From Octopus sinensis (lineage: Eukaryota): a stretch of 64,000 bases of DNA. This document shows, piece by piece, positions 23,839 to 36,770 of the stretch. The translations under genes and the position numbers were made by a program. The notes beneath the pieces are model-generated. The model had not been told where the DNA came from. It saw only the letters and a list, made by a program, of their open reading frames with translations, and did no database searches. The number at the start of each line of letters is the position of its first letter. Position 1 is the first letter of the stretch. The stretch covers positions 16,554,001 through 16,618,000 of the forward strand of contig NC_043014.1 of assembly GCF_006345805.1 (NCBI RefSeq), read 5' to 3'.

Positions 23839-26815
23839 CTGTATATATTTTTGCTTAATGCCCAAGGCATCAGCCCTTCCACCAATACACAAAAATGGAA
23901 GATAAAATTCCTGGAGGACTGGGTCGAGGCCCATCCAAACCACATCCCTTTCTTCGTCCTCACTGAAACCCATCATAGTAACCTTCACTTGGAAGCCGAG
24001 GTGAAAGTTAAAAATTTCAAAGCCATTCGTGCTGATCGTGCTGGCAGAAGAAAGGGTGGGACTGCCATTTATGTTCATGATTCATTCTCAACAGAAGCTA
24101 TGAACATATTTTCCAATGGATACTGCGAAGCAGTCGCTGTATTCGGTCAAACCAACAACTTAACAGTAGTTGGGCTCTACAGACCACCCCAAACGCCCCT
24201 ACCATGCTTCAAGGAATGCCTCAACAACATAAAGTGTTTCATTCAGCAGTGTCAACCTGACAACATTTTAATGATGGGAGACTTCAACCTTCCCAGGGTT
24301 GACTGGTCTACAAACAGTCTGCCGCCAGGTTCTTCTCTCTCAACCCCTGACAGGGAGGCAGTGGAATCGCTTCTTGACTTCATGGATGATTTCTTCCTGT
24401 CCCAACTGGTACTCGAACCAACAAGATGTCATAAAAACGTCTTAGACTTAATTTTCAGCAATCACACTGATACTATCCACAATATTGCAGTGAAGAAAAC
24501 CCTACTCTCTGATCATGACATGGTTCTCTGTGATCTGAGATTTCACTGGCCAAAATGCAAAACAAATGTCATCCCTCCTGTTCATCCATTTGACACTATG
24601 AATTTCCACAATGCAAACTGGGAAGCGATCAATAATGATCTTGCACAAGTCGATTGGTCCTTCACGCACACATACACACCCACTAACATCAAAAAGTCCT
24701 GGCAGTCATTTGTAGACACCATTACGAACATATGTGCAAAACACACCCCATTAAGATCTGCAAACAAATCTAAGTGTCGAATCCCTAGAAATAGAAAATC
24801 TCTCATCAGGAAAATTAAAAGAATTAACAAAAAAATCAACAAGCTGAAATACTGTCAACAGCAACACACCAACCTGACTGCCATCTCGTCACTAGAGATT
24901 AAAAAACATAAACTCCAAAACAACATGATCTCTATCATCATTAGTCAGCGAAGAGCTGAAGAGGCCTGGGCCATTGAGAAGATAAAACTCAATCCCAAAG
25001 TGTTCTTTTCATTTGCAAAAAAACACAGAGTCACTGGTTCTACTGTTGGCCCTCTGATTGATGAAGATGGTACTCTTCAAGACAATGCCAAAACCATGGG
25101 AGAGATATTGCAGAAACAATATTGCTCTGTTTTCAGCAATCCTGATATGACTGATCTGGGCTGTATCAGTGATGTTACTCCCCAATACACTTTATCGGAC
25201 ATAACCTTTGGCGCTCCTGATGTCTTAGCAGCAATAAAGGAAATGAAGCATAATTCAGCAGTAGGTCCCGATAGGTTCCCTGCTTGTGTCTTGAAGATGT
25301 GTCAAAACCAACCTGCACCCCCTCTAGCCAATCTGTGGCGGAACTCACTGGATGCTGGATATATACCAGAAGACCTTCTATCCCAGTCTGTTGTCCCAGT
25401 TTTCAAAAAAGGAAACAAATCGCTTGCCGTGAATTACCGTCCAATCTCACTCACCTCTCATATCATTAAGGTATTTGAGAGAGTGCTGAGATCGCGTATG
25501 ACTCACTTCTTTGAGAGTCATAATATGCTGAACTCCAACCAGCATGGATTCCGTAATGGGAGAGGGTTCCAACACTGATGTCATCTACCTTGATTTCAGC
25601 AAGGCCTTTGACAGGGTTGATCATAAGATCCTTCTGAGAAAGCTGTCCAATATTGGTGTCACTAGAAAGCTGCTGCAGTGGATCAAGTGTTTCCTGTCTA
25701 ACAGAACCCAACATGTTGTAGTCGAAGGAGTCAAATCCAGCCCAGCCAAAGTCAGCAGTGGTGTCCCACAAGGCACTGTGTTGGGCCCACTTCTCTTCAT
25801 CATCTACATAAATGATATTACTGACACCATCAAACACAGTAACATCAGAACCTTCACTGATGATTCCAAGCTCCAGAAGGTCATCAATGGCGTGGATGAC
25901 CGAATAAGCCTTCAGTCAGACCTACTGGCTGTTGTCCAATGGGCGGAAAAGAATAACATGTTGCTAAACGAAGACAAATTCGAACTGATCCACTTTGGAA
26001 GGGAGGACGCTCTGAAACTCCCATACTCCCTTCCTTCTGGAGAAATTCTCATGGCATCCAATAACATCAGAGACTTGGGAATAACAGTGGACAACAACAT
26101 AAGCTGGGCTACACATATAAGCAGCAAAGTTGACATGGCCCGCAGAATGTGTTCCTGGATTCTCAGAACCTTCCAGTTGAGAGATTCCCACACTATTATC
26201 CTTCTCTTCTCCACTTTTGCCCGACCCTACCTTGAATACTGCTGTCCACCTTGGTCTCCCTACACAAAACAAAATATTATGAGAATTGAAGCTCCCCAAA
26301 GGTCAATCACAAAAAAGTTAGATGGCATGTCAGACCTTGACTACTGGGGTAGACTTGAGAAGCTGAAACTGTATTCACTCCAACGACGCCGTGAACGCTA
26401 CATTATTTGTATGATGTGGAAAATATTCCATCAGCACTGTCCGAATGATGTTGGCATCACCTTCAAAATACATCCAAGGCTTGGACCACGTGCCATCCGT
26501 CCACAACAAAAATCTAAATCGCATCACATAACGACAATATGGCACAACTATTTCACTCCAATTGGACCCGCTCTCTTCAACATTACACCAGGACACGTCA
26601 AAAAAGAAACTGACCACACAAAATTCAAGAAGTCTTTGGACAAATTCCTTCAAACAGTCCCGGACAAACCACCCACACCCGGATATGTCTCCGCAAACAA
26701 TAACTCTCTGCTCGAATGGGCCTTGGTACCCAAATCCTGAATTGAAAGACTTCGCCAGGTGGTGCTATTAAGTTAGACATGGCCTGGGCCAATACTGGCC
26801 AAAACCTCTCTAAGT
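23839..26815 (+). mobile_element. CR1/L2-group LINE, ORF2 nearly intact with one deletion/frameshift near 25560; sense orientation in innexin intron 1
   Basis: LTETH, YRPP, GDFNLP, NVLDL, SDHD; RPISLTSH, LDFSKAFDRVDH, GVPQGTVLGPLLF, LYSLQRRRERY; 3' motif GGTGGTGC..CATGGCC. Confidence 0.92.
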
Positions 26816-26847
26816 TATACTAATATATGTGGGTAATCTGTACGCTT

Positions 26848-27018
26848 ATTCTTTTCTGCTCTAGGCACAAGGCCCAAAATTTTTTGGGAGGGATCCAGTC
26901 GATTAGATCGACCAGTACACAACTGGTACTTAATTTATCGACTCCAAAAGGATGAAAAGCCAAGTCGACCTCGGCAGAATTTGAACTTAGAACATAAAGA
27001 CAGATGAAATAGCGCTAA
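26848..27018 (-). mobile_element. SINE of the 20043 family
   Basis: GGCACAAGG..GTACTTAATTTATCGAC..GGATGAAAAG. Confidence 0.7.
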
Positions 27019-27436
27019 TCTGTACACTTATTGTTTACATATATAAATCAGAGGTTGCCTGCTAAATCTTAACAATATAACAATATTCTTTTGATGTTCT
27101 GTTTTAGATACTTTTTAATGTATGTTCTAGAATAGTTAGTAAAGAAAATAACTAGAGGCAAGAAAGTATGAACATTCTATTTATTATTCAAATTATTCTG
27201 TCAAGTATAATGCATATTTTATTCATATTTGAGGTAACCATGCATTATCTTGTAGCTTGGGTAGCTTTACAAATTCAAGTTCGAACAGTAATTAGAATAC
27301 TTAAAAGGCTAGATATTTAATATTGATGTTTTGTATTTTGTATGATTATTGCTGTAGATGCTGGCATGCCTGTGTTAGATATGCATATATTATGCAAAAC
27401 TTAGATATGCATATGTTATGCAAATGTTGTGTACAT

Positions 27437-27599
27437 AGGTGTAGGAGTGGCTGTGTGGTAAGTAGCTTGCTTACAAATCACATGGTTCTGGGTTCAGAAC
27501 CACTGTGTGGCACCTTGGGCAAGTGTCTTCTACTGTACTCTTGGGCCGACCAAAGCCTTGTGAGTGGATTTGGTTGATGGAAACTGAAAGAAGTACGTC

Positions 27600-27633
<34 letters not shown>

Positions 27634-28280
27634 ACCGTAAATCCTTGAGTATAATCCGCATTTTTTTCCCCAAATTTAAAGGTCAAAATCCCTAGTGCGT
27701 ACTATATACGAGGTTAAAAATGAAAAATATTTTCTAAGCAATGTCCGAAACTCTATTTGCTGTCCGGCAATGAAGTAATAAAAGAATCATCCATAACTTG
27801 CAGTAAGCAACATTTATTAATATAAAAGTATTCAGAACACGGAATAACATATAACAAAAACAATTTGCAAACATTTATATTCCCATATAACAGTTGAGAA
27901 CATCACCATTATTGTATTATGCATGTGTGGAAGTGTTTGTTCGACTAGGTGCTGCTGGCTTAATTATGCACGACTCGGTTTAGAGAAGGAGTGCGTAATA
28001 TACTCAAGGTTTAGGTTTTTCAGCAGTACAATCCCCTAAAAATCCCTTGTGTATTATACTCAAGGGCGGACTATACTCGAAGATTTACGGTATATGTTTG
28101 TGTGTCTGTGTTTGTCCACCCAATATCGCTTGACAACCGATGCTGGTGTGTTTTCATCCCTGTAACTTAGCGGTTCGGCAAACGAGACCGGTAGAATAAG
28201 TACTAGACTTAAAAAGAATAAGTCCCAGGGTCAATTTGCTCGACTAAAGGTGGTGTTCCAGCATGGCCACAGTCAAATGA
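27437..28280 (+). mobile_element. main SINE interrupted by a MITE in its internal microsatellite
   Basis: head 27437-27600, tail 28093-28280. Confidence 0.85.
27635..28090. mobile_element. Tc1/mariner-superfamily MITE (456 bp)
   Basis: TIRs CCGTAAATC(CT/TC).GAGTATA.TCCGC with 3 mismatches; TA on both sides; internal TGCGTA.TATAC..AGG repeats. Confidence 0.85.
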
Positions 28281-28666
28281 CTGAAACAAGTAAAAGAGTA
28301 TTCCTTATTGATATTATGGCTTTGGCTTGCTGCTTGTGCTTTGGAAACCAGTGGGATAAAAAAAAAATCCCTTGAAAAAAACCAATATAGGTGAGTGACA
28401 GGAAGAGCATCCAGATGTAAATTACCATTTCAAATATGTACCCATCCAAATCCATGCTAGCATAGAAAACCAGAAGTTGTAACAAATGAATTTAATGTGT
28501 ATGGTGTACTAAAGGAATTCATTGGTTCACATACCAGTAGTAAGTATGTACTTTACAATGGTCATGTTCTAAATTGTATCATTTATGGCAATAACCATAA
28601 CTAATTTGGCTTTTATTATTTCAAGTTTTCATATTTATTTATTTCTATTTTTATTTCTCTTTCCAG

Positions 28667-29015
28667 GATTGGCTCAATACTTGGTGGGTTTATGTCATGG
28701 TCGAGACTGCAAGGCAGCACCAATGATGACTGGGGCGATCGGCTCAATCATTTGTGGACAGTTTCTCTACTTGCTCTCTTTGCTATCGTAGTCACAACAA
28801 CACAGTATGTTGGAGACCCAATTCATTGTTGGGCTCCTGCTGAATTTCCTGGACATTATGTCGAGTATGTGAAATCATACTGCTGGATTTCAAATACCTA
28901 CTACATATCAATGAACAACATCATACCTACAGACATCACTGCACGTTCCGATGCAGAAATTACTTACTATCAGTGGACCCCTTTGATTTTACTTTTTATG
29001 GCATTTCTTTTTAAG
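28667..29015 (+). CDS. inx: innexin exon 2 (N-terminus, TM1, first extracellular loop, TM2)
   Basis: DDWGDRLNH, YVGDPIHCWAP, YCWISNTY, YYQW motifs; polypyrimidine-CAG acceptor at 28666; AAG|GTAAGA donor, phase 0. Confidence 0.95.
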
Positions 29016-29261
29016 GTAAGATATAGTTATACTTTTTTCTGCAAAATACGGGTAGCTTTTCCTGTTCAGGCTGTGTTATTAGCATTATTCTGTGTTTGAG
29101 AATTTAAAATCACTTCTTCAACCTTCTAAGACATCTAAAGCAAACTTCGTTTATTTGTTTACGTTCATCGTAATTTGAATAAAACAATATCTAACTTCAG
29201 TTTCATCTATCTTGTTTCAAACAGTTTGAACATTGCCTGCCATATTTATGCATGCCACAGG

Positions 29262-29870
29262 TGTAGGTGTGACTGTGTGATAACAAATTTGCTTCCGAAC
29301 CACATGATTTTAGGTTCAGTCCCACTGCATTGCACCTTGGGCAAGCATCTTCTATAGCCTTGCAAATGGAACTGGTTGACAGAAACCGAAAGAAACCAGT
29401 ATGTGTATATATATATATAACATCATCATCGTTTAACGTCCGCTTTCCATGCTAGCATGGGTTGGATGATTTGATTGAGGACTGGCATACCAGATGGCTG
29501 CACCGGGCTCCAATCTGATCTGGCAGTGTTTCTACAGCTGGATGCCCTTCCTAATGCCAACCACTTTGAGAGTGTTGTGGGTGCTTTTACGTGCCACTGG
29601 CACAAGGGCCAGTCAGGCGGTACTGGTAATGGCCACACGCAGGTGGTGTTTTTTACATACCTCCTGCACAGGAGCCAGTCCAGTGGCACCAGCAATGACT
29701 TCGCTCAAATGTTTTTCACGTGCCAGTAAGGCAACACTGGTAATGATCACATTTGAATGGAGCTTTTTATGTGCCACCGGCACAGAAGTCAGCTGCTCTG
29801 GCAGCGATCACACTCAGATGGTGCTCTTACCACCCCACTGGCATGGGTGCCAGTCATCAAATTTTCGAAT
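29262..29870. mobile_element. SINE head (+) with an RTE-tail/minisatellite element (-) inserted after its TA tract
   Basis: head 29262-29400; (CAT)n element 29421-29870. Confidence 0.8.
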
Positions 29871-31385
29871 TTGATGTCTCCTTCACATGGCATGATTGTC
29901 ACAAATGAGTGTTGCTGTTACACTAGCAGTGCTTCTTATTATGAAACTTCCATGAAAACATGTCTGGTCATGGGGAAATATTACTTCACTTGAAAACAGG
30001 TGTGGGTTATGACAGGAAGGGCATTCTGCTGTAGAAAATCTGCCTCAAAAATTCCATCCAACCCATGTGTATATAGAAAAGTGGATGTTTTAAGTGATGA
30101 TGGCTTTGACTCAGACCTACAGTTCGTACTTCAGGCTCAACTCAAGTACTTAAACCTAGTAAATATGGCACAAAACAGTAATAAACTGAGATAATATTTT
30201 ACAAAACAGACAATATAAAAATAGTATTTAACCCTTTAGCATTCAAACCAGCCATTTCAGACTCAAAATATTCTACCTGTTTTATGTTTAAACTACCCTA
30301 CGATATTCTAAAAATATATTCACATCAGCAAAATCTCAGAGCTACAAGATAACATGATTAATTCAAAACAATGAGAATAAATAAGCAGAACATTTGACAG
30401 AGTAATCTGAATGCTAAAGTGTTAAATAGTTGTCTCAGTGTTGATTTACAGACGCAAGGAAACTGTTTCATATTGTTTGAAATAAAACTAGATGTTCATG
30501 CTTCTCCTGAAGCCACTTACAAAGGAAGTAGAATTATGAAATTACAAGTCAAAATTTCATTCAATTCCGTATTATTTATTTCAAAAAAATTTTTAAAAGA
30601 AAGAAAAATGCAAATTTATTTAGAATCCTTACATAATGCTTTTAAGTCCTATTTTCTCAATATACAAGATTGAAATTCAAGCCAGAATAATATTTCTTAC
30701 ATTCTGTTTCTATATTCATATTTCCTCACCTGACCCTCTTCCTTTATCAATTTATTTCTTTGTACCTGCAGTTGTTATTGTTTAGGTCCAGAGCAGCCCT
30801 AATCATGCTGTCCTATTATTACAAGGATTCTAGCTGTGGCTATCATCCCATTTTTGCTATCTAGAATAAAACTAGATCCATATTATTCACTGTGTTCTTT
30901 CCTGAGTTGGTGAGGTGTTATTGGAAGGGAATTTAACTGCTACTTATGACAAGTTGAGTGACCACAGATGAGTCACCTCATTGGCCCATGTTTCTGCATT
31001 GATTACCAAATTATCGATGCTTTTTTTTTTTTTTTTTTTTAATGAGTTTTAAAGTTGACCAAATTGATATTTATGTTCCTTTTACATTCTGAATTCACAG
31101 TCAATTTTAACCTCTATCCTTCTGGGATGGAGGTTAAAACACCATTCAAGTACTGGGCTAATTTTAATGAAGTATCCCACTCCTTCAAAAAAAATTTTGG
31201 CCTTAGGCTTGTGATAGATGTCTTTTTTTGTTTTTTTTATTTTAACTTGGAATCATACTTCTAAAATTGTCTTGTAAGTAATTTGGGGGAAACTGAAGTT
31301 GTCTTTCATCATTTTTTTTTTCTTACACATTTATGCTTTCCAAGTTATCAGTTTCTTAATATATGTATATTCTTTTCATTTTCAG

Positions 31386-32294
31386 TTTCCTAACATAATC
31401 TGGAGGTTGTTAAGCAGTGTATCTGGTGTTAATTTAGAGCGAGTTGTTGACTTGGCTGAACAAACTCAACTTGGATCCCCTGAAGACCGTCAGAAAACTA
31501 TTGAACACATAGCGTTTTACATGGATCGCTGGCTGGAAACCTACCGTGAATATAAAATGAATTATGTTGTACGAATGAGGCAGAAAATGACAAAAGTTTG
31601 CTGTCTGATGTGTTCAAAAAGAGATGGGACATTTTTGGTTGGATTCTATGTTTGTGTGAAAGTTCTGTATGCTGTAAATGTCATTGGACAGTTTTTCTTA
31701 TTGAATGCCTTTATGTCTAACCAGTTTTCAGTATATGGTTATGAAGTTCTTGAAATGGTACGTAATAAGGTTCCTTGGAAAGAATCCGTCAGATTCCCTC
31801 GTGTGACTCTCTGTGATTTTGAGATAAGGCAGTTACAGAACATTCAACGTTTCACTGTCCAGTGTGTTCTTCCTGTTAATCTGTTTAATGAAAAAATCTT
31901 CATTTTTCTTTGGTTTTGGTTAGTCTTTATTTCTATAGTTACATGTGGCAATTTACTGTTCTGGATTTATCGCACAATTTTCCGTCAGTCCCGTGTTAAT
32001 TATATCGCTAAATATTTTAAGTCTTCAGAGGATATATTCACAAGGGAAGACAAGAAACTGGTGCATCGTTTCACAACAGACTATCTGCGAGATGACGGAC
32101 TTTTTGTATTACGCCTTGTTTCTAAGAACTCCACAGACTTGGTTCTAGTTGACTTAGTGAAAGAATTATGGCATTTATACAAGAACAAAAATGGTCGGAA
32201 AGCAGGCTCTTCAGCTCTTAATAACACTAACAAAGATACTCTAGACAAAGATGACATTTCAAAAGATCCATCAAAACAGCCTCTAAAGCCGTAG
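31386..32294 (+). CDS. inx: innexin exon 3 (TM3, second extracellular loop, TM4, C-tail)
   Basis: TTTTCAG acceptor; spliced FLFK|FPNIIWR; FPRVTLCDF, QCVLPVNLFNEKIFIFLWFW; TAG at 32292-94. Confidence 0.97.
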   Translation, partial: FPNIIWRLLSSVSGVNLERVVDLAEQTQLGSPEDRQKTIEHIAFYMDRWLETYREYKMNYVVRMRQKMTKVCCLMCSKRDGTFLVGFYVCVKVLYAVNVIGQFFLLNAFMSNQFSVYGYEVLEMVRNKVPWKESVRFPRVTLCDFEIRQLQNIQRFTVQCVLPVNLFNEKIFIFLWFWLVFISIVTCGNLLFWIYRTIFRQSRVNYIAKYFKSSEDIFTREDKKLVHRFTTDYLRDDGLFVLRLVSKNSTDLVLVDLVKELWHLYKNKNGRKAGSSALNNTNKDTLDKDDISKDPSKQPLKP

Positions 32295-33145
32295 ATCAAC
32301 AGCTCTTAGGTTACTTATGATCCTATTCAAATGTTTATTTTGATTACATCTAGGGATTATCATTTCATTATGTCCCTGGTTAGTGGCTGATTAACAAAAA
32401 AAAAAAATGTATATTTTCAGTACGAATTAGATACATTTATAGGTTTGTAATAGAACAGGTGGGATGGGGGACTCTCAGCACCTTAAATGTATAAGAGTAT
32501 GCCTTACTAATACTTCATTATAACTTTTCCTATATTTTTTCAGTCCATGCTAAATATATCACAATATTTCAACCGGTGTAAAATGTTTGATGGTAACATT
32601 TAACTACCTTTGTAAACACACCTTGGCAGAACCATTAGAGCATTGGACAAAATGTTTTGTATTTCTTCTAACTCTTTACATTTTGGATTCATATTCCAAG
32701 ATCAGTCTGGCTTTTGTATCCTTCCAGAGTAAATAAAATAAAGTACCAGTCAAATACTAAGGTTGATGGTATTGACTGCCCTGCTCTTCTCAAAACTGCT
32801 AGCTTTGTAGCTAAATTAGAAACTACAGTATTGAGAGGTGAAATGGCTGATAGAATATAGTATTGGATTAATTTGTTTCCAATGTTTAAATCCTAATCCA
32901 CCCATGGTATGCCCTGTTACCTGTTACTGTTAACCTAACTTGCCTTAATAATAGTTCATATCTATTTAAGAGACTTATTTTTTACTTTCACCTTTATCAT
33001 GATTACTAGTGCCATTTAACCTGTGCAATCATCAGAAAATAACTAGTTCACATATATACTCTCTTCAACTGCATTAAAAAAAAAAAGAAACAATTTGTGG
33101 ATGTCTTGGAAGTAGTTAATCAAACAAACCTTACAAGAACATGTG

Positions 33146-33151
33146 AATAAA
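33146..33151 (+). terminator. candidate innexin polyadenylation signal
   Basis: AATAAA in non-repeat AT-rich 3' region, followed by T-rich sequence. Confidence 0.3.
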
Positions 33152-33399
33152 AATTTTTAAATATTAGTGACATTTTTACTTGGAATTCTTTATTTATTTT
33201 TGCAGTTATAACATTTTTTTTTCAGATATCTGAAGAATCCTATGAATGTAATTAGTGCTAATGAAGTTTTTTCCTTTTTCAAATTAATCTTAAGGTGAAT
33301 GAATTGGAACATTAATGAGTGCAGTTTGTAATTAACTGTAACAAGACAGAAAGCTATAAACACACAAACACATAAACACACCACACAGATCTGTGATAT

Positions 33400-33680
33400 T
33401 TAACCATCTTTTTTCCTTGTGGTCCCACACAATAATATCTGGTCAGTTGTGTTTTAACTCGGTGGCTGTGTTAAGTCCCACCAATATTCTTTTGACCCAT
33501 TGGTCTCAATATGATCAACTTCATTTCTAGGTTTTCTGTTTTGTTATCCTCTTCCAGACCATTCTGGCCATCACATCATGCCTCACGGAAAGGTCATATC
33601 TGGAAGACATTCTCTTACAACTGGCAATAATGTGATTGATGCCTTCAGTATTGCTCTTGTACAACCTAGATTTGTTGTGT
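33400..33680 (-). mobile_element. R4/Dong-like (RLE-type) non-LTR relic: zinc knuckle and start of the endonuclease
   Basis: E.INHIIASCKRMS..RHDV; EYWWD..KHN*PDIIVWD. Confidence 0.6.
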
Positions 33681-34389
33681 GTGTGTGTGTGTGTGTGGAC
33701 AAGTGTAGTGAGACATGAAATCCCTATTTTGTCGTGGTGGTGTAGCACAGTTGTGCTGTGACCATTTCATCCATTTACTAATGGCTGCAAAGGATACGTG
33801 AGGCAACATCCACCCAGCAGTAAACTGCGCCTTTTTCAAAGAGTTAAAGTAGTTACAGTTTTGACGTCAAGGAAGCAACAAGACTTTCCACAACGTGGCA
33901 TCTCTTCTGTGTTCACCACCAACTTAATTAGTTGCAGATTTGCATCCTCTTGGAGATTATTACAGCATTCATGGCCAATGCTGTGCAACTTGCTTCACTT
34001 ACATCTATTTTTATTTTGCAGCATATCAGTTTCCAGTGAAATACAAATTGAGTCATGGGAAATTCATTCCTGTCTCTCTAGACATTTCTTATTTTCTCAT
34101 TGCATCACACACACTTTACCAACCTAAATGGCATTCTTTTTACTGCAACACATGGGAGTTACACTCAAGAAATAAATCATTATATTTTATTTACAACATT
34201 GACTTCTGATATTTGTTTCTACATTCACGTCATACAAATCATCGTGGTACCCATTAAATAGGTGACTACCAATCCACTAACTCTGTGACCCTCACTGGTG
34301 ACATTTTTATTTATTGATTATCTAGTAGCTGGCTGACCTTCTAACTATTATTTGTCTTACTACTAGATATGTAAGTATGTATACACACA

Positions 34390-34600
34390 CATATATACTC
34401 TCTCTCTTTACTCTCTCTTTTACTTGTTTCAGTTATTTGACTGTGGCCATGCTGGAGCACCGCCTTTAGTTGGGCAAATCGACCCCGGGACTTATTCTTT
34501 GTAAGCCCAGTACTTATTCTATCGGTCTCTTTTGCCGAACCGCTAAGTGACAGGGACGTAAACACACCAGCATCGGTTGTCAACAATGCTAGGGGGACAA

Positions 34601-34647
<47 letters not shown>

Positions 34648-34822
34648 CATTTATACGACAGGCTTCTTTCAGTTTCCGTCTACCAAATCCACTCACAAGG
34701 TATTGGTTGGCCCGGGGCTATAGCAGAAGACACTTGCCCAAGATGTCTCGCAGTGGGACTGAACCCGGAACCATGTGGTTGGTTAGCAAGCTACTTACCA
34801 CACAGTCACTCCTGCACCTCAT
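34390..34822 (-). mobile_element. full-length main SINE
   Basis: head, body, (TA/CA) tract and tail all present. Confidence 0.9.
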
Positions 34823-35024
34823 ATACACATAATTTTTCAATAGAAACTATTGTGGGTGTGTGCTCAATTCATAAATTTGATTCTTTTGTTAAATGTTAAA
34901 ATGCTGCAAATTCAAAAATTAAAGTAGTTTACAATTTGTCTTAATATCATTTTCAACAAAGCTTTAGAATTAAACCTGTTTATCATCTGAACATGCATAC
35001 ATAAACAGCACAGGTATAATGTTA

Positions 35025-35408
35025 TCTCTCTCTATATAAACGGCAGTTTGTCTGTGCGTGTTTCTGTGTGTCTGTTTGCTTGTACCCTCACTCTGACCAC
35101 GGCTTTCAACCGATTCTGATGAAACTTGACACACACATAGCCCAATGTCATAATTCAAAACTAACGCAGCGAAAATTTTGAAAAGTTCCCCTAGTTCAGA
35201 AAAAGATCGATAAATTCGACATGGGGTCGACAATCAGAAACACAAACCGCAGATGGTGTAGGGGACGCAACTCGGCCTTTTTAACTATCAAAAAAAAATT
35301 ACCATCATTTTTTTCCCTTTTTTTTGCTATTTTTTGGCTATAACTCTCTAAAAGTGCTTTATAGTTATTTCCCTTACAAACCCGAGCAACGCCGGGCGAT
35401 ACTGCTAG
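35025..35408 (+). mobile_element. non-autonomous Helitron (5' type B)
   Basis: A|TC..CTAG|T with CCCGAGCAACGCCGGG hairpin. Confidence 0.85.
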
Positions 35409-36574
35409 TTGTAGATAAACACACAAACACATATAAGAGATAAAACAGGTAGGTTAGTGTATACAGAAGGTTGGTGTATATAGTTAATGTTAACGAGAAA
35501 ACACCTATTAAAAAAAACAACAAGGAAACAGGAATTGGGAAGAAACCTCTTGAGTGATGGTGCCACAGTAAAGTACATCAAAGGGATAGAAAGGTCAGCC
35601 ACCTGTGGAAACCAAGTCAAACTGACAGAGAGGAACAGCAGTCAATGAGGGCAGTAATTCCCAATAAGAACTGACAAAGACAATCTGTCCATGCCATGCC
35701 AACACAAGAAGCAACTGTTAAATGATGATGATGGTGGTGATGAGGTGATGATGTTGATGATGATACATAGGATGAGCACCATCATCATCATCATGATGGT
35801 AGTGGTGGACACAGACAGACAGTGAGGAAAAAGAATTTCTGTACTAGTAGTGGTCTGTAGAAGGAACACACAGACAGGATTAACACAGTAACGTGGGGGA
35901 GAGAGGTGGGAATTAAATATAATTCTTATAATGGAATGCTCTTGACTTACATGTGACGGGTGATCCCATTTCTGCTGAAATTCCTCCTTGGCTTTGGCCA
36001 GAAATTCCTTAACTGAAAAATAATAATAATAATAATAGTAGTAGTAGTAGTTTCATTAATAGCCACAAGGGTTCAGAGAAAGACAAAGGCAATACAAAAT
36101 TACCAAATATGGTGTAAGGGATGGGGATTACCTGGGACAGGTAAAATAAAAACAACAAAATAAAAAAAAAAAACCCACAAGAGGGGGAGACTGGTAATAG
36201 CCAGTCAGGTTAAATAAATGGCTACTTATTAGTGGAAATCACACTGTTGTTGTTAGATTTCTTTATTGGCCATGCAGGCCTGAACACAGAAGGGACAAAA
36301 TACAAAGTAGAGCTTTTCTTTTTTGGGAAGAAGGAAAAAAAAGGGTCAAATTGCCCATATCCTACATAAAATACTCTTTCGATGTAATCCCAAATTTAAA
36401 AACAAACCTATAATTTTCCTTGGACATTTTCTAGAACAATACTTTGTGTAAAACCAAACATGTGATGGCACCGTAGTCATGATACCAACTTGAACTTCTA
36501 ACTTGTTGTCTCCTGAGGTCTCTGTGTGAGACTTGTACAAATACAAAGCAAACATCAAACATAATAATAATAAT

Positions 36575-36770
36575 TATTTCAATTTTTTGCCAAAAGGGCA
36601 GCTTGGCGGGGGTGGGAATGAGTTGATTACATCAACCCCAGTGTTCAACTGGTACTTATTTTATCAACCCCAAAAGGATAAAAGGAAAAGTTGACCTTGG
36701 CAGAATTTGAATTCAGAACATAGTGACAGCGAAACACCACTAAGCATTTCATCCAGCTCGCCACCTTCAG
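36575..36770 (-). mobile_element. SINE of the 20043 family
   Basis: GGTACTTATTTTATCAACC..GGATAAAAGG..CTCGCCACC. Confidence 0.7.

Noticed and set aside
31299-31385. Start of the 331-aa ORF as the innexin N-terminus
   Set aside because: Intronic polypyrimidine tract ahead of the 31385 acceptor; likewise 29016-29099 is intron
32725-32745. Innexin poly(A) signal
   Set aside because: The AATAAA lies in a decayed SINE motif (AAATAAAGTACCAG); not excluded but uninformative
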